Below are positions 10,136 through 19,656 of a stretch of DNA of 43,851 nt, in pieces; the stretch's first letter is position 1, and each line of letters opens with the position of its first letter. Source of the DNA: an uncultured Verrucomicrobiota bacterium (GTDB lineage Bacteria > Verrucomicrobiota > Verrucomicrobiia > Limisphaerales > UBA9464); NCBI GenBank assembly GCA_903858835.1, contig CAIOKD010000024.1:1-43851 (forward strand). Reading direction: 5' to 3'. The notes under the pieces were generated by a model that saw nothing but the letters and a program-made list of their open reading frames with translations, was not told the DNA's origin and made no database searches. Made by a program: the position numbers and the translations under genes.

Positions 10136-13100
10136 ATGATCAACGCCGCCCTCCGCCCCGGTGGCACGCTGGATGACCTCGCGAATCTGGCAGCGCAGGT
10201 GAGCTTTGCGCCGGCGGCGGTCGTCTTGGTAGAGGAACCTTCCGGATGGGTTCCCGCCGGCCAGGCAGGATGCACCGAAGAACTCCTGGCAGCGGCGCTG
10301 CCGATCGTCTCCGGACTGGCGCCCACAATCCACCATTGGGTCGAGCTGCGCGATGGTCAAGCCCGTCTCCCCGAGGGTTGGCGATGGCTTTCCTGCCTGC
10401 CCGCCCGACTGCCCTCGGTCCAGATGGCCGGGCTCATTGCGATCCTGGACCGGACACCCAGGCGCCTCAACGCCGGTCAACGTGCCGGACTTCAGACCGT
10501 GGCGCGGCAGGTGGTCGTGCACCTGGAACTCCGCAGGCAGGCCACCGACCTCGCCGCATCCACCGAGCAGCAGCGGCGGACCGAGACTCGGCTACGTGAC
10601 AATGAGGCCTATTTCCAGGCGCTGGTGGAGTCGCTCCCCCAGAACATCTTCCGCAAGGACCTCAATGGACGCTTCACTTTCGTCAACGGAGCCTTCTGCA
10701 GGACCCTCCAGCGCCATCGGGAACAACTGATCGGTGTCACCGATTTCGACCTGTTCCCGGAGGATCTCGCCCGCCGCTATGTCGAGGACGACCGGCGGGT
10801 CATCGAGTCGGGCCTGCCCATAGAGAAGACGGAGGTCAACGTCACCCCGGACGGTCAACGCCACTGGTTCCACGTGATCAAGACGCTGCTCCTCGACGCG
10901 GGCGGCCAACCCGTGGGCATCCAAGGGAGCTTCCGGGAGGTCACCCAGGAGAAGCGTGCCGAGGAGCAGCTCGCCCACGAGAAGGATCTGTTGCATGCCC
11001 TGCTCGAGCACGCCCCGGACGCGATCTACTTCAAGGATGCCGAATCCAGGATCACCCGGGCGAGCCGCGCATTGGCCGAGCGCGTGGGCCTGGCGGACCC
11101 ATCCGCCCTGATCGGGAAGACGGACCACGATTTCTTCGACCGGCAGTACGCCGATGCTGCCCGCGCCGATGAGATCGAGATCCTGCGAACCGGCCAGGCC
11201 ATTCTCGGACGGCTTGAAAAGGAGAACCTTCCCGGCGGACGGGTCCGGTGGGTGCTCACCAGCAAGATGCCGCTCCGCTCCCCCGACGGACACATCGTGG
11301 GCACCTTCGGCATCTCGAGAGACATCACCGAGCTGCAGTCCGCGCGTGAGCAACTCGAACGTACCGAGGCCAACTACCGTGGGTTGGTCCAGAACGCCGT
11401 GGACGGCATCTTCCAGACGACGCCGGATGGGCAGTATCTCAGCGCCAACCTGGCGCTGGCGAAGATGTACGGCTTCGACACGGTCGAGGACCTGTTGGCC
11501 AGCCGCACCGACATCGAGCATCAACTCTACGTCGATCCGCGGCAGCGCGACCGCTTCGAGGAACTGCTGGCCCGGAACGACAAGATCGATCACTTCGACA
11601 GCGAGGTATACCGCAAGGATGGTCGGAAAATTTGGATCAGCGAGAACGCCCGTGCGGTCAGGGATCCCGCGACCGGGCGGCTCCTGTATTACGAGGGCAC
11701 GGTCGAGGACATCACAGCCCGAAAGCAGGCAGAGAAGGACCTCAACGAAGCCAATGCCGCCCTCGCCGCGGCCCGCGATGTGGCCCTGGAGTCGGCCCGG
11801 GCAAAATCCCAATTCCTGGCCAACACCTCGCACGAGATCCGCACGCCGATGAATGGCATCATCGGATTCGCGCGCCTACTCCTCGACACCCCGCTGACCG
11901 GCGAACAACGCGAATACGCGGGTACCGTGCTGCACAGCGCGCAGAACCTCCTGAAGGTGCTCAACGACATCCTGGACTTCTCGAAGATCGAAAGCGGTAA
12001 GCTGGCCTTCGAGAACATCGAGTTCGACCTGCGCCCGCTCGTCGAAGAGACGGTGGAACTGCTGGCGGAGATCGCCCAGGCCAAGGGGGTCGAAGTGGTC
12101 AGCCGCATCGACCATGCACTGCCCGCCTCGCTGCGGGGCGACCCCGGGCGCATCCGCCAGGTGCTGACCAACCTGCTCGGCAATGCGATCAAGTTCACCC
12201 AGGAGGGCGAGGTCACCGTCGCCATCGAGGTGCTGGAGACGCCCGGAGACCGTTGCCGCATCGCCTGCCGGGTCCGAGACACCGGCATCGGCATCGAACC
12301 ACAGGCCCTCGGTCGGATCTTCCAGGAATTCACCCAGGCCGATGGCTCGACCACCCGGCGGTTCGGAGGCACGGGGCTCGGGCTTTCGATCTCCCGGGAG
12401 TTGGCCCGGAGGATGGGCGGCGACATCGAGGTGACCAGCGATCCGGGCAGGGGGTCCACCTTCACCATGACCGCAATATTCGAGGTCGCCGCCCCCCGCC
12501 CCAAGGCGCCGGACCCGATCCACCTTCGGTTGCTCATCGCCGACGCCCACCCGGCCACCTGCGACGCCTTCGTGCATGAGATGACCCGATGCGGAGCCCA
12601 CGTCACCTCGGTTTCCACGGCCGCATCGACCCTCGAGTCTCTCCGCGAGGCGGCGGAAAGCGGCCGACCGTTCGACGCGGCCTTCATTGCGCTGCAACTG
12701 CCGGATATGGACGGTCTGACCGTGGCCCATGAGATCCACTGTATCGCGGCGATCGCCTCGGTGCGCATCGTCCTCGTGGCGGCGGTCTCCCAGCGTCCGG
12801 ACCCCAATCTGCTGCGGACGGTGGGCATCGCCGGGCATCTCATCAAACCCTTCAAGCAATCCCGACTGCGCGAGGCGCTCCGGGCATTGGCCGCCGGCGA
12901 GAGCCTGCTCGGTGGTCCCGGGCCGGCGGAGACCGCGCAGGTGGCGAGCGGGCCGGCCGGACGCCCGATGCGGCTGCTGCTGGCCGAGGACAACCTGGTG
13001 AACCAGAAGCTGGCGGTGACGCAGCTCCGCCGCCTGGGCCACAGCGTGGCAGTGGCCTCGAACGGTCGGGAGACGCTGCAGGCGCTGCAACGTGAGCCGT

Positions 13101-13789
13101 TCGACGCGGTCTTCCTGGACTGCCAGATGCCCGAGCTCGACGGCTACGAGACCGCCCGGGAGGTCCGCCGCCTCGAGGCCGACAAGAAGCTGGGAGCGCG
13201 TCCTCCGGCTTTCCTGATCGCCCTGACGGCCAACGCGATGTCGGGCGACCGCGAGAAGTGCCTCGCGGCGGGCATGGACGAGTTCCTCACCAAGCCACTC
13301 GACCTCGACCAATTGCCCATCGTGCTCAACCGCGCGCTGGGCACCACACCGCCGGAATCGCCGAAGACCACGCCAGGATTCCGAACCGACGGCGGACAGC
13401 GTGCTCCGGTGCCGAACCCGGCAACGGGAAGCGCGGATGCCCCCGTGCTCGACCCGACGTTGCTGGAATCGCTGCGCACCCTCCGCTTCGACGGCGAGGC
13501 CGACCCGGTGGCGGAGATCATCGACCTGTTCCTGCGCGACACCCCGTCGCGCCTCCAGGAGGCCTCCGAAGCCGCGAGGCGGCGAGATGGTGCCGGGTTA
13601 CGAGCCGCCGCCCACACGCTCAAGGGCAGCGCCAACAACCTGGGGGCCCGCCGACTGGGCGCGGCCGCCGGGCGCCTGGAGACCGAGGCCATGGCAGGCC
13701 GTTGGGACCAGGTGGGTGCACTGCTCCAGGCCGCCACGGCGGAACTCCGTGCCCTCGAGCCCGAACTCCGGGACCAGCGCGCCCGGTGA
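10136..13789 (+). CDS. Soluble hybrid sensor histidine kinase (GAF - 3x PAS/PAC - HisKA - HATPase - pseudo-receiver - receiver - Hpt)
   Basis: No transmembrane segment seen.
- PAS-like starts: NEAYFQALVESLPQNIF, EKDLLHALLEHAPDAIYF, EANYRGLVQNAVDGIFQ.
- H-box: SHEIRTPMNGIIGFARLLL.
- N/G boxes: NLLGNAIKFT, DTGIGI, GGTGLGLSISRELARRMGGDIEVTSDPGRGSTF.
- Receiver: RLLLAEDNLVNQ...DAVFLDCQMPELDG...LTANAM.
- Hpt: AAHTLKGSANNLGA. Confidence 0.9.
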   Translation: MINAALRPGGTLDDLANLAAQVSFAPAAVVLVEEPSGWVPAGQAGCTEELLAAALPIVSGLAPTIHHWVELRDGQARLPEGWRWLSCLPARLPSVQMAGLIAILDRTPRRLNAGQRAGLQTVARQVVVHLELRRQATDLAASTEQQRRTETRLRDNEAYFQALVESLPQNIFRKDLNGRFTFVNGAFCRTLQRHREQLIGVTDFDLFPEDLARRYVEDDRRVIESGLPIEKTEVNVTPDGQRHWFHVIKTLLLDAGGQPVGIQGSFREVTQEKRAEEQLAHEKDLLHALLEHAPDAIYFKDAESRITRASRALAERVGLADPSALIGKTDHDFFDRQYADAARADEIEILRTGQAILGRLEKENLPGGRVRWVLTSKMPLRSPDGHIVGTFGISRDITELQSAREQLERTEANYRGLVQNAVDGIFQTTPDGQYLSANLALAKMYGFDTVEDLLASRTDIEHQLYVDPRQRDRFEELLARNDKIDHFDSEVYRKDGRKIWISENARAVRDPATGRLLYYEGTVEDITARKQAEKDLNEANAALAAARDVALESARAKSQFLANTSHEIRTPMNGIIGFARLLLDTPLTGEQREYAGTVLHSAQNLLKVLNDILDFSKIESGKLAFENIEFDLRPLVEETVELLAEIAQAKGVEVVSRIDHALPASLRGDPGRIRQVLTNLLGNAIKFTQEGEVTVAIEVLETPGDRCRIACRVRDTGIGIEPQALGRIFQEFTQADGSTTRRFGGTGLGLSISRELARRMGGDIEVTSDPGRGSTFTMTAIFEVAAPRPKAPDPIHLRLLIADAHPATCDAFVHEMTRCGAHVTSVSTAASTLESLREAAESGRPFDAAFIALQLPDMDGLTVAHEIHCIAAIASVRIVLVAAVSQRPDPNLLRTVGIAGHLIKPFKQSRLREALRALAAGESLLGGPGPAETAQVASGPAGRPMRLLLAEDNLVNQKLAVTQLRRLGHSVAVASNGRETLQALQREPFDAVFLDCQMPELDGYETAREVRRLEADKKLGARPPAFLIALTANAMSGDREKCLAAGMDEFLTKPLDLDQLPIVLNRALGTTPPESPKTTPGFRTDGGQRAPVPNPATGSADAPVLDPTLLESLRTLRFDGEADPVAEIIDLFLRDTPSRLQEASEAARRRDGAGLRAAAHTLKGSANNLGARRLGAAAGRLETEAMAGRWDQVGALLQAATAELRALEPELRDQRAR

Positions 13790-13813
13790 GCCCGTCGAAG
13801 TCACGGCCAGGTG

Positions 13814-15103
13814 TCAGCGCATCAGCGCCTCGATCGCCTCGGCCTCGATGGGGATGTCGGCCATCAGATCCACCGGTCCCTTCTCGGTGATCAGCACATC
13901 GTTCTCCAACCGGACCGCAAGGTTCTCCTGCGGGATGTAGATCGCCGGTTCCACGGTCATCACCCACCCGGCCGCGAACGGGCGGTTCATGTGGCCGAGA
14001 TCGTGGACGTCCAACCCGATCGGATGACCGTTGCCGTGCATGAACCACTTCTTGACCGGCTTCTTCGAAGGATCGGTGACCTTGACCTTCAGGTCCTTGG
14101 GCTTGAGCAACCCCAGGTCGACACATTCACGAGCCACGAGGTCCTCGGCCTCGGCCTGCCACTGGCTCCATAGCTTGCCCGGGGTCAGACCCGCGATCGA
14201 GGCCCGGAGTACCCTGAGCACGGCGTCATAGACCTGACGCTGCCGCCGGGTGAAGCGCCCGTTGACCGGGATCGTCCGGGTCAGGTCCGAGTTGTAGTTG
14301 GCATAGCTGGCCGCCACGTCCAACAGCAGCACATCGCCGCTCCTGCACACCTGGTCGTTGTCGAGGTAGTGCAGCACGCAAGAGTTGCGCCCGGCACCGA
14401 TGATCGGATTGTAAGCGAACTGGGCCCGGTTGCGGATGAATTCATGGGCGAACTCGGCCTCCACCTCGTACTCGTGGATCCCCGGCTTGACGAAGCGGCA
14501 CACCCGCTCGAAGCCCGCCCGGGTGATGGAGCATGCATGCCGGATGAGATCCACCTCGAGCGAATCTTTCACCACCCGTAGCGTGTGCAGGAGGGGCGCG
14601 AGGCGGCGGTACTCGTGCAACGGGTAGCGGGCGCGGAGGTCGCGGATGAACCGGGCATCCCTCGACTCGACCTCGACGACGGCCCGCTTGTGCTCGTTGG
14701 TGTTGAGCCACACCGATTGCGCCTCGCACATCAGCCGGTGGAGGATCCTCGGGAAATCGGTGGTCCAGTGCACGGTGGCGATGCCCGAGACCTCCGTCGC
14801 CTGGGGACGGGTCAGCTTGTGCCCCTCCCAGATGGCGATGAGCTCGCTGGTCTCCCGGAGGAAGAGCATCTCCCTCATGCGCTCGTCCTCGGCGTCCGGG
14901 AAGAGCACCAGCAGTGTCTCCTCCTGCTCCACACCGCTCAGGAAGAACAGGTCGGTGTTGGGCACCATCCTCAGGGTCCCGTCGGCATTGGTGGGAAGGA
15001 CGTCGTTGGCGTTGAGGATCACCAGCGCACCCGGGGGCAGCAGCTCGCGGAGCCTCCTACGGTTGCGGGCGAAGAGAGCGGACGGGATCGGTGCGTGTCT
15101 CAC
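13814..15103 (-). CDS. pepP: Xaa-Pro aminopeptidase (M24B family)
   Basis: GVEQEETLLVLFP lies in the AMP_N-type N-terminal domain. The M24 pita-bread core shows the metal-ligand context: GDVLLLDVAASYANYNSDLTRT, HGNGHPIGLDVHD, TVEPAIY, VRLENDVLIT. GTG start at 15103. Confidence 0.9.
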   Translation of the reverse strand: MRHAPIPSALFARNRRRLRELLPPGALVILNANDVLPTNADGTLRMVPNTDLFFLSGVEQEETLLVLFPDAEDERMREMLFLRETSELIAIWEGHKLTRPQATEVSGIATVHWTTDFPRILHRLMCEAQSVWLNTNEHKRAVVEVESRDARFIRDLRARYPLHEYRRLAPLLHTLRVVKDSLEVDLIRHACSITRAGFERVCRFVKPGIHEYEVEAEFAHEFIRNRAQFAYNPIIGAGRNSCVLHYLDNDQVCRSGDVLLLDVAASYANYNSDLTRTIPVNGRFTRRQRQVYDAVLRVLRASIAGLTPGKLWSQWQAEAEDLVARECVDLGLLKPKDLKVKVTDPSKKPVKKWFMHGNGHPIGLDVHDLGHMNRPFAAGWVMTVEPAIYIPQENLAVRLENDVLITEKGPVDLMADIPIEAEAIEALMR

Positions 15104-15134
15104 GCGCTCCAGATTCTCCGGGCACGCCCGCGCG

Positions 15135-15683
15135 TCAACCTTGCGCTGAAAGGCGTCCCCGCGGATGGATCGGGGCGGGAGCCACCACCCGCAGGAGAGC
15201 GTCGGCGGGAAGGCGTTCGAGGAGGGTCGCGATCGGGGCGTCGCCGCCCTGGAGACGGAACCCGGGCTCCAGCTCCGCGAGGGGCTGCAGCACGAATCGT
15301 CGCTCCCGGGCCCGCGGGTGTGGAAGGATCAGGCGCGGCGTATCGCGGGTCTGCCCGGACCATGCGATCAGGTCGAGGTCGAGGGGGCGTGATTCGTTGT
15401 GCACCACCTTCGGTCGCCGCCCCGCCTCGACCTCGAGCCGCTGCAAGAACGCGAGCAACGACTCCGGGGACTCGCCGGACAAGGGCTCCAGGATCGCCGC
15501 CGCGTTGATGAACACCGGAGAATCCGCGGGGCAATCCACGGGAGTACTGGTCCACAGTGAGGACCGCCGCAGCGGTCGGAGCGAACGCTCCTCGAGACGG
15601 TCCATGGCCGCCCCGATCAGGGACACCGAGTCGCCCAGGTTAGAACCGAAGGCCACCACCGCCTGCAGGGTTTCCAGAGCCAT
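15135..15683 (-). CDS. folK: 2-amino-4-hydroxy-6-hydroxymethyldihydropteridine diphosphokinase
   Basis: Motifs: VVAFGSNLGD, SSLWTSTPVDCP...FINAAAILE, RPLDLDLIAW, LILPHPRARERRFVLQPLAEL. I prefer the ATG at 15683 (MALETLQ). The ORF is also open to a TTG at 15719, which would overlap the dapB stop. Confidence 0.85.
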   Translation of the reverse strand: MALETLQAVVAFGSNLGDSVSLIGAAMDRLEERSLRPLRRSSLWTSTPVDCPADSPVFINAAAILEPLSGESPESLLAFLQRLEVEAGRRPKVVHNESRPLDLDLIAWSGQTRDTPRLILPHPRARERRFVLQPLAELEPGFRLQGGDAPIATLLERLPADALLRVVAPAPIHPRGRLSAQG

Positions 15684-15715
15684 GGTTTCAGCCGTGTCCG
15701 GAGAAGACGGAACGT

Positions 15716-16474
15716 TCAATGCAGGCCCAGCACATCTTGCATGCTATAGATGCCCGGGGCCTTGCCGACCACCCATGCCGACGCGCGCAGCGCTCCCTGG
15801 GCGAAGGTGTCCCGGCTGCTGGCCTTGTGGGTCAATTCCACCCGCTCACCCACCGCGGCGAAGAGGACCGTGTGGTCCCCCACCACGTCGCCGCCGCGCA
15901 CCGCATGGATGCCGATCTCCGACGGGGTCCGGGCACCCACGATGCCCTGCCGGCCATGCCGGAGCGCCTCGTCCAACTGGACCTTGCGCACATCACCGAG
16001 GATCTCGAGGAGCGTCGTCGCCGTGCCGCTCGGGGCATCCTTCTTGAGACGGTGATGGGTCTCGATGACCTCCAGATCGAAGGAGGGTCCGAGGATCTCG
16101 GCGGCCTTCCGGGTCAGCCAGAACAGGGTATTGACCCCGGTCGAATAGTTCGAGGCCCAGACCATCGGAATCTTCGCGGCCGCCGCGCGGATGGCCGCCT
16201 TCTCGGCCTCACTGTGGCCGGTGGTACCGATGACCAGCGCCTTGCCATGGGCCGCACACAGCGCCGCCACACGGGCGGTGGCGTCATGATGGGTGAAGTC
16301 GATGACCGCATCGGCCCCGGGCAGGACCGCCTCCAGGTCGTCCCCGACATCGAGACCGGCCACAACCTGCAACCCGGCATGATCCTTGGCGCACGACAGC
16401 AGCGCCTGACCCATCCGCCCCTTGGAACCATTGATGATGATGCGCGTCACGGAGGGCACCCTAGCGGTCCGCAT
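15716..16474 (-). CDS. dapB: 4-hydroxy-tetrahydrodipicolinate reductase
   Basis: Motifs: IIINGSKGRMGQAL, VIDFTHHDATARVAALCAAHGKALVIGTTG, EVIETHHRLKKDAPSGTA, HAVRGGDVVGDHTVLF. I prefer the ATG at 16474; a TTG at 16486 is an alternative. Confidence 0.92.
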   Translation of the reverse strand: MRTARVPSVTRIIINGSKGRMGQALLSCAKDHAGLQVVAGLDVGDDLEAVLPGADAVIDFTHHDATARVAALCAAHGKALVIGTTGHSEAEKAAIRAAAAKIPMVWASNYSTGVNTLFWLTRKAAEILGPSFDLEVIETHHRLKKDAPSGTATTLLEILGDVRKVQLDEALRHGRQGIVGARTPSEIGIHAVRGGDVVGDHTVLFAAVGERVELTHKASSRDTFAQGALRASAWVVGKAPGIYSMQDVLGLH

Positions 16475-16706
16475 CGGGTTGAACAAGGAGGCCGATGCCC
16501 GGAGGCATCCCAGCCCGGATCGGCGGCGAGGCCCATGGTGTTGCGGTGGCGAGATTCCAAGATCGGGTGTTCACTCCCACCACTCGATGCGCCCGCCCGG
16601 AGCCCCTCTGAAACCGATCCCTCCCGCCGTCCGCTGGACGGGACGGACGCTCGGCTGGGTCCTTGTGGCGGCATTTGCGGTCACCCGGACCCAAGGCAGG
16701 GGACCG

Positions 16707-17318
16707 ATGTCGATGAACTCGGCCCTATGGGCGGTGGGTTTCACCGTGGTGATCGCTCTCGAGGCCCACCGCTGGTTGCCCACCCAGAACATCATTGCCG
16801 CTGCCGGAATGATCTCGCTGGTGGCGTGCCTTGAAAACGTCCTCCGGGGAGCGCTCCCAGCGCGTGTTCCGTGGGTGGAATGCCTGACCTGGTTCAGCCA
16901 TGTCCTCGCCGCCCGAGGGCTCGTCCGACTCGTCCTGTTCCCCGGGCGCGGTCGCCCCGGCTACGGACTCGGTGTTCTGATCGGGACGACACTGGTGGCC
17001 AGCCTCTCCCTGGGACTCACCCGGACGGCCTGGGGACAGGCCCCCGCCCTCGGCGCAATCACCCTCCAGACCGCGGCCCTCGGTATCGCCGTCCTCGCGG
17101 CCAGCGCCTGGTTGCTCGTGAAGAAGCCGGTGCCTGAACCCCCCAATCCTCGTCCGGCCGGATTGTGGATGGCCCTGACCTGCACCCAGGTGTGGATCCT
17201 GTTCCAGGATGGGCACCTTTCTGTCGCCACCCTCGCGGCGGTGGCGGCAGTCGCGGCATTCGTGGGCGTAGGAGTCTCGAGCATCGCCTCGGGGCGACTC
17301 CGCCCTTCCGGTCAGTGA
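16707..17318 (+). CDS. Hypothetical integral membrane protein
   Basis: The ORF is open from 16422 but overlaps dapB there. The ATG at 16707 (MSMNSALWAVGFTVVIAL...) gives about 203 aa with 5-6 hydrophobic stretches. I recognise no family. Its stop overlaps the convergent CNNM gene by 7 nt. Confidence 0.45.
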   Translation: MSMNSALWAVGFTVVIALEAHRWLPTQNIIAAAGMISLVACLENVLRGALPARVPWVECLTWFSHVLAARGLVRLVLFPGRGRPGYGLGVLIGTTLVASLSLGLTRTAWGQAPALGAITLQTAALGIAVLAASAWLLVKKPVPEPPNPRPAGLWMALTCTQVWILFQDGHLSVATLAAVAAVAAFVGVGVSSIASGRLRPSGQ

Positions 17319-18670
17319 GCCTGAGGGGGGACTTCCGGGGCTGCGTCCGAGGCCGGCTGGGTCCGCACCATCATCACCCGGGAAACCCGCAGCCCGTCCA
17401 TCTCGCAGACGGTCAGCAGATGGTCCCCGAGCGGCACGGAATCGCCCACCTTGGCGAACCCGCCCAGGCAGCCGGTCATCCATCCGCCCACCGTATGGGC
17501 CCCGGAGGCCTCCACCGGCTGGCGGACCAGTTCCGCCAGCTCGAAGAGCGGCAGGGCCCCGTCGAGCCTCCATTGCCCGTCGCCCATCCGCTCGATGCGA
17601 GGCTTCTCCTGGTCGAACTCGTCCTGGATCTGGCCGACGAGTTCCTCAAGGACATTCTCGAGGGTGACCATGCCGGTGGTGCCGCCATACTCGTCGACGA
17701 CGATGGCGAGGTGGAGCCGACGATCGAGGAACAACTGCAGCAATCGGTCGAGGCGAGCCGTCTCCGGCACGTAGATCACCGGCTTGGCGGCAGGTCTCAG
17801 ATCCGCGGCTGCGCCGGTCGAATCCCGTCGCAGGTAGATGTCCTTCACGTGCACCACGCCCACCAGGCGGTCGAGGTCGCCTCCGTCGCTCAATGGAAAC
17901 CTGGAGTAGCGGCTGTCGTCGGCAAGGCGAAGGCATTCCCAGATCGGCCGCCGAAGATCCAATGCCACGATCTCACGCCGCGGGCGCATCACCTCGCGGA
18001 CCCTGCGCCGCCCCAGGTCCAGCGAGTTGTGGACGATCTCGCGCGCCAGCACCGAGCTATCCCCCGCCGCCAGCGTGGAACCAAGCATGAGCCTCAGCTC
18101 CTCCTCGCTGTGCACCTCCCCGTGCCCGGAGGCCTCGATGCCCAACTGCCGGAGAACCCAGAGCGAGGTCCAGTTGAGGACCCAGATGAGCGGGTAGGTC
18201 AGCAGGTAGAACCAGTGCAGCGGATACGCCACCCACAACGAGGAGGGTAGCGGGCGCTTGATGGCGATGAACTTCGGGGCCTGCTCCCCCACCACCACGT
18301 GGAAGAAGGTGACGACCATGATGCCCACCGATGCCGAGAGCAGGTGGCGCATCTGTTCCGACTCGATCCGGCACCAACCGAAGACCGGTTCGAGCAGCGT
18401 GGCGAACACAGGTTCCGCCACCCAACCGAGCGCAAGACTAGCCAGGGTGATGCCCAACTGGCAGGCGCTCAGATAACCGTCGAGGTGCGCGAGGATGTGC
18501 CGGGTCATGCCGGCCCGTCGGTGCCGCCGCTGCACCAGGCCCTCGAGCTGGGTGTCGCGGATCTTCACCAGGGCGAACTCGGCCGCCACGAAGAACCCGT
18601 TGAAGGCCACCAGCGCGAGGGCCAACGACAGCTTTCCAGTCACCTCGATGAGGGTGGGCGAGGCGCTCAC
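17312..18670 (-). CDS. CNNM/CorB-type (HlyC/CorC family) transporter: DUF21 - CBS pair - CorC_HlyC
   Basis: The GTG start at 18670 overlaps the upstream gene's stop (GTGA). DUF21: LALALVAFNGFFVAAEFALVKIR...LSACQLGITLASLALGW. CBS region: MRPRREIVALD...HLAIVVDEYGGTTGMVTLENVLEELVG. C-terminal CorC_HlyC-like: WRLDGALPLFELAE...GGWMTGCLG...LTVCEMDGLRVSRVMM. I reject the ORF-track N-terminal extension to 18973. Confidence 0.87.
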   Translation of the reverse strand: MSASPTLIEVTGKLSLALALVAFNGFFVAAEFALVKIRDTQLEGLVQRRHRRAGMTRHILAHLDGYLSACQLGITLASLALGWVAEPVFATLLEPVFGWCRIESEQMRHLLSASVGIMVVTFFHVVVGEQAPKFIAIKRPLPSSLWVAYPLHWFYLLTYPLIWVLNWTSLWVLRQLGIEASGHGEVHSEEELRLMLGSTLAAGDSSVLAREIVHNSLDLGRRRVREVMRPRREIVALDLRRPIWECLRLADDSRYSRFPLSDGGDLDRLVGVVHVKDIYLRRDSTGAAADLRPAAKPVIYVPETARLDRLLQLFLDRRLHLAIVVDEYGGTTGMVTLENVLEELVGQIQDEFDQEKPRIERMGDGQWRLDGALPLFELAELVRQPVEASGAHTVGGWMTGCLGGFAKVGDSVPLGDHLLTVCEMDGLRVSRVMMVRTQPASDAAPEVPPQAH

Positions 18671-19656
18671 GGGGTCCCCTCCAGGAACAGGGCTCCCAGC
18701 ACGTCGGACAAGGTCACAATGCCCGCATCGATGCCGCCGGGCCCACGGACGATCGCCAGGTGCTCCCCAGACCTCTGGAAGGCCCGCAGCGCCTCCTCGA
18801 TGCGGAGGGAATCGTCCAGGAAGAGGGCTGGACGCAACCAATCCCGGGCGGTCTTCCGGCGATCGTCGGGCTCCGAATAGAGCACATCCTTGAGGCTGAC
18901 GATTCCCTCGATCCGGCGTTCCGGACCGCTCCCGCCCCAAACGGGCATGCGGGTATGCCCCCCCTTCCGACACGATTCCCGGATCTCCTCAAGAGTGGCC
19001 GAGACGTGGATGGCCTGAACCTGGTCGAGCGGCTTGGCCACGCGCGACAAGGTCAGGTTCTGGGCGTCGATCACCCGATAGATCAGCGAGCGTTCCATCT
19101 TGGACAACCCTCCCGTGCTCGATTGGATCAGGGCTTTCAGCTCGTCGCGGTTGGCGAACAACCGGCCACTGAGAGCCCGGTCTCCGGTCACCCATAGCAG
19201 CGCCTGGGCAAAGCGGCCGACCAGGAACACCACGGGCGACAATGTCCAGTGGATGGCCGAGAACACGGGAAGCAGCCACAGGCAGAGGCGGTTCGGCATG
19301 CGCTGGAACAAGCGCTTGGGCAACAATTCGCAGGCCAGGTAGAGGACCAGACCCGTCGCCAGCAGCATCGGCCACAGGGTCCAGGGGCGGTCCCGGGACC
19401 AGGCCTGGAGATCCTGAAGGATCAGGGCCACCGCCGCGAAATTGGCCAGGGTGTTGCCCACCAGGATGGTCCACAGGAAATCCTCGGGCTTGTCCATGTA
19501 GGCGAGCAGACGCCGGGCGTTGCCGCTGCCCGCCCGGGCCCGCTGACGCACCCGGAGCCGGCTCAGCGCGAAGACGCCGGCCTCCATCCCCGAGAGGAAG
19601 AAGGACAACAGGAGCCAACCGGCCAGAGTCAGCACGTGCACCGCCTGGGAATTCAC
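18667..19656 (-). CDS. Short CNNM-type protein: DUF21 - CBS pair, no CorC_HlyC domain
   Basis: The GTG start at 19656 overlaps the upstream stop (GTGA). DUF21: LSFFLSGMEAGVFALSRLRVRQ...ILVGNTLANF. CBS-like: RVAKPLDQVQAI...HTRMPVW...GIVSLKDVL...EHLAIVRGPGGIDAGIVTLSDVLGALF. The protein ends 5 residues after the second CBS motif. Confidence 0.8.
   Translation of the reverse strand: MNSQAVHVLTLAGWLLLSFFLSGMEAGVFALSRLRVRQRARAGSGNARRLLAYMDKPEDFLWTILVGNTLANFAAVALILQDLQAWSRDRPWTLWPMLLATGLVLYLACELLPKRLFQRMPNRLCLWLLPVFSAIHWTLSPVVFLVGRFAQALLWVTGDRALSGRLFANRDELKALIQSSTGGLSKMERSLIYRVIDAQNLTLSRVAKPLDQVQAIHVSATLEEIRESCRKGGHTRMPVWGGSGPERRIEGIVSLKDVLYSEPDDRRKTARDWLRPALFLDDSLRIEEALRAFQRSGEHLAIVRGPGGIDAGIVTLSDVLGALFLEGTP

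Noticed and set aside
16422-16706. An upstream extension of the hypothetical membrane protein ORF
   Set aside because: It overlaps the dapB 5' end on the other strand and has a non-protein-like composition. I used the start at 16707 instead. Even the shortened gene is only moderately supported.
17312-17318. A 7-nt convergent overlap (TCAGTGA) between the hypothetical membrane protein stop and the CNNM gene stop
   Set aside because: I noted it because it leaves no space for terminators. It is most simply explained by compact gene packing, or by the weakly supported plus-strand ORF being shorter or spurious. It is not evidence of a special element.
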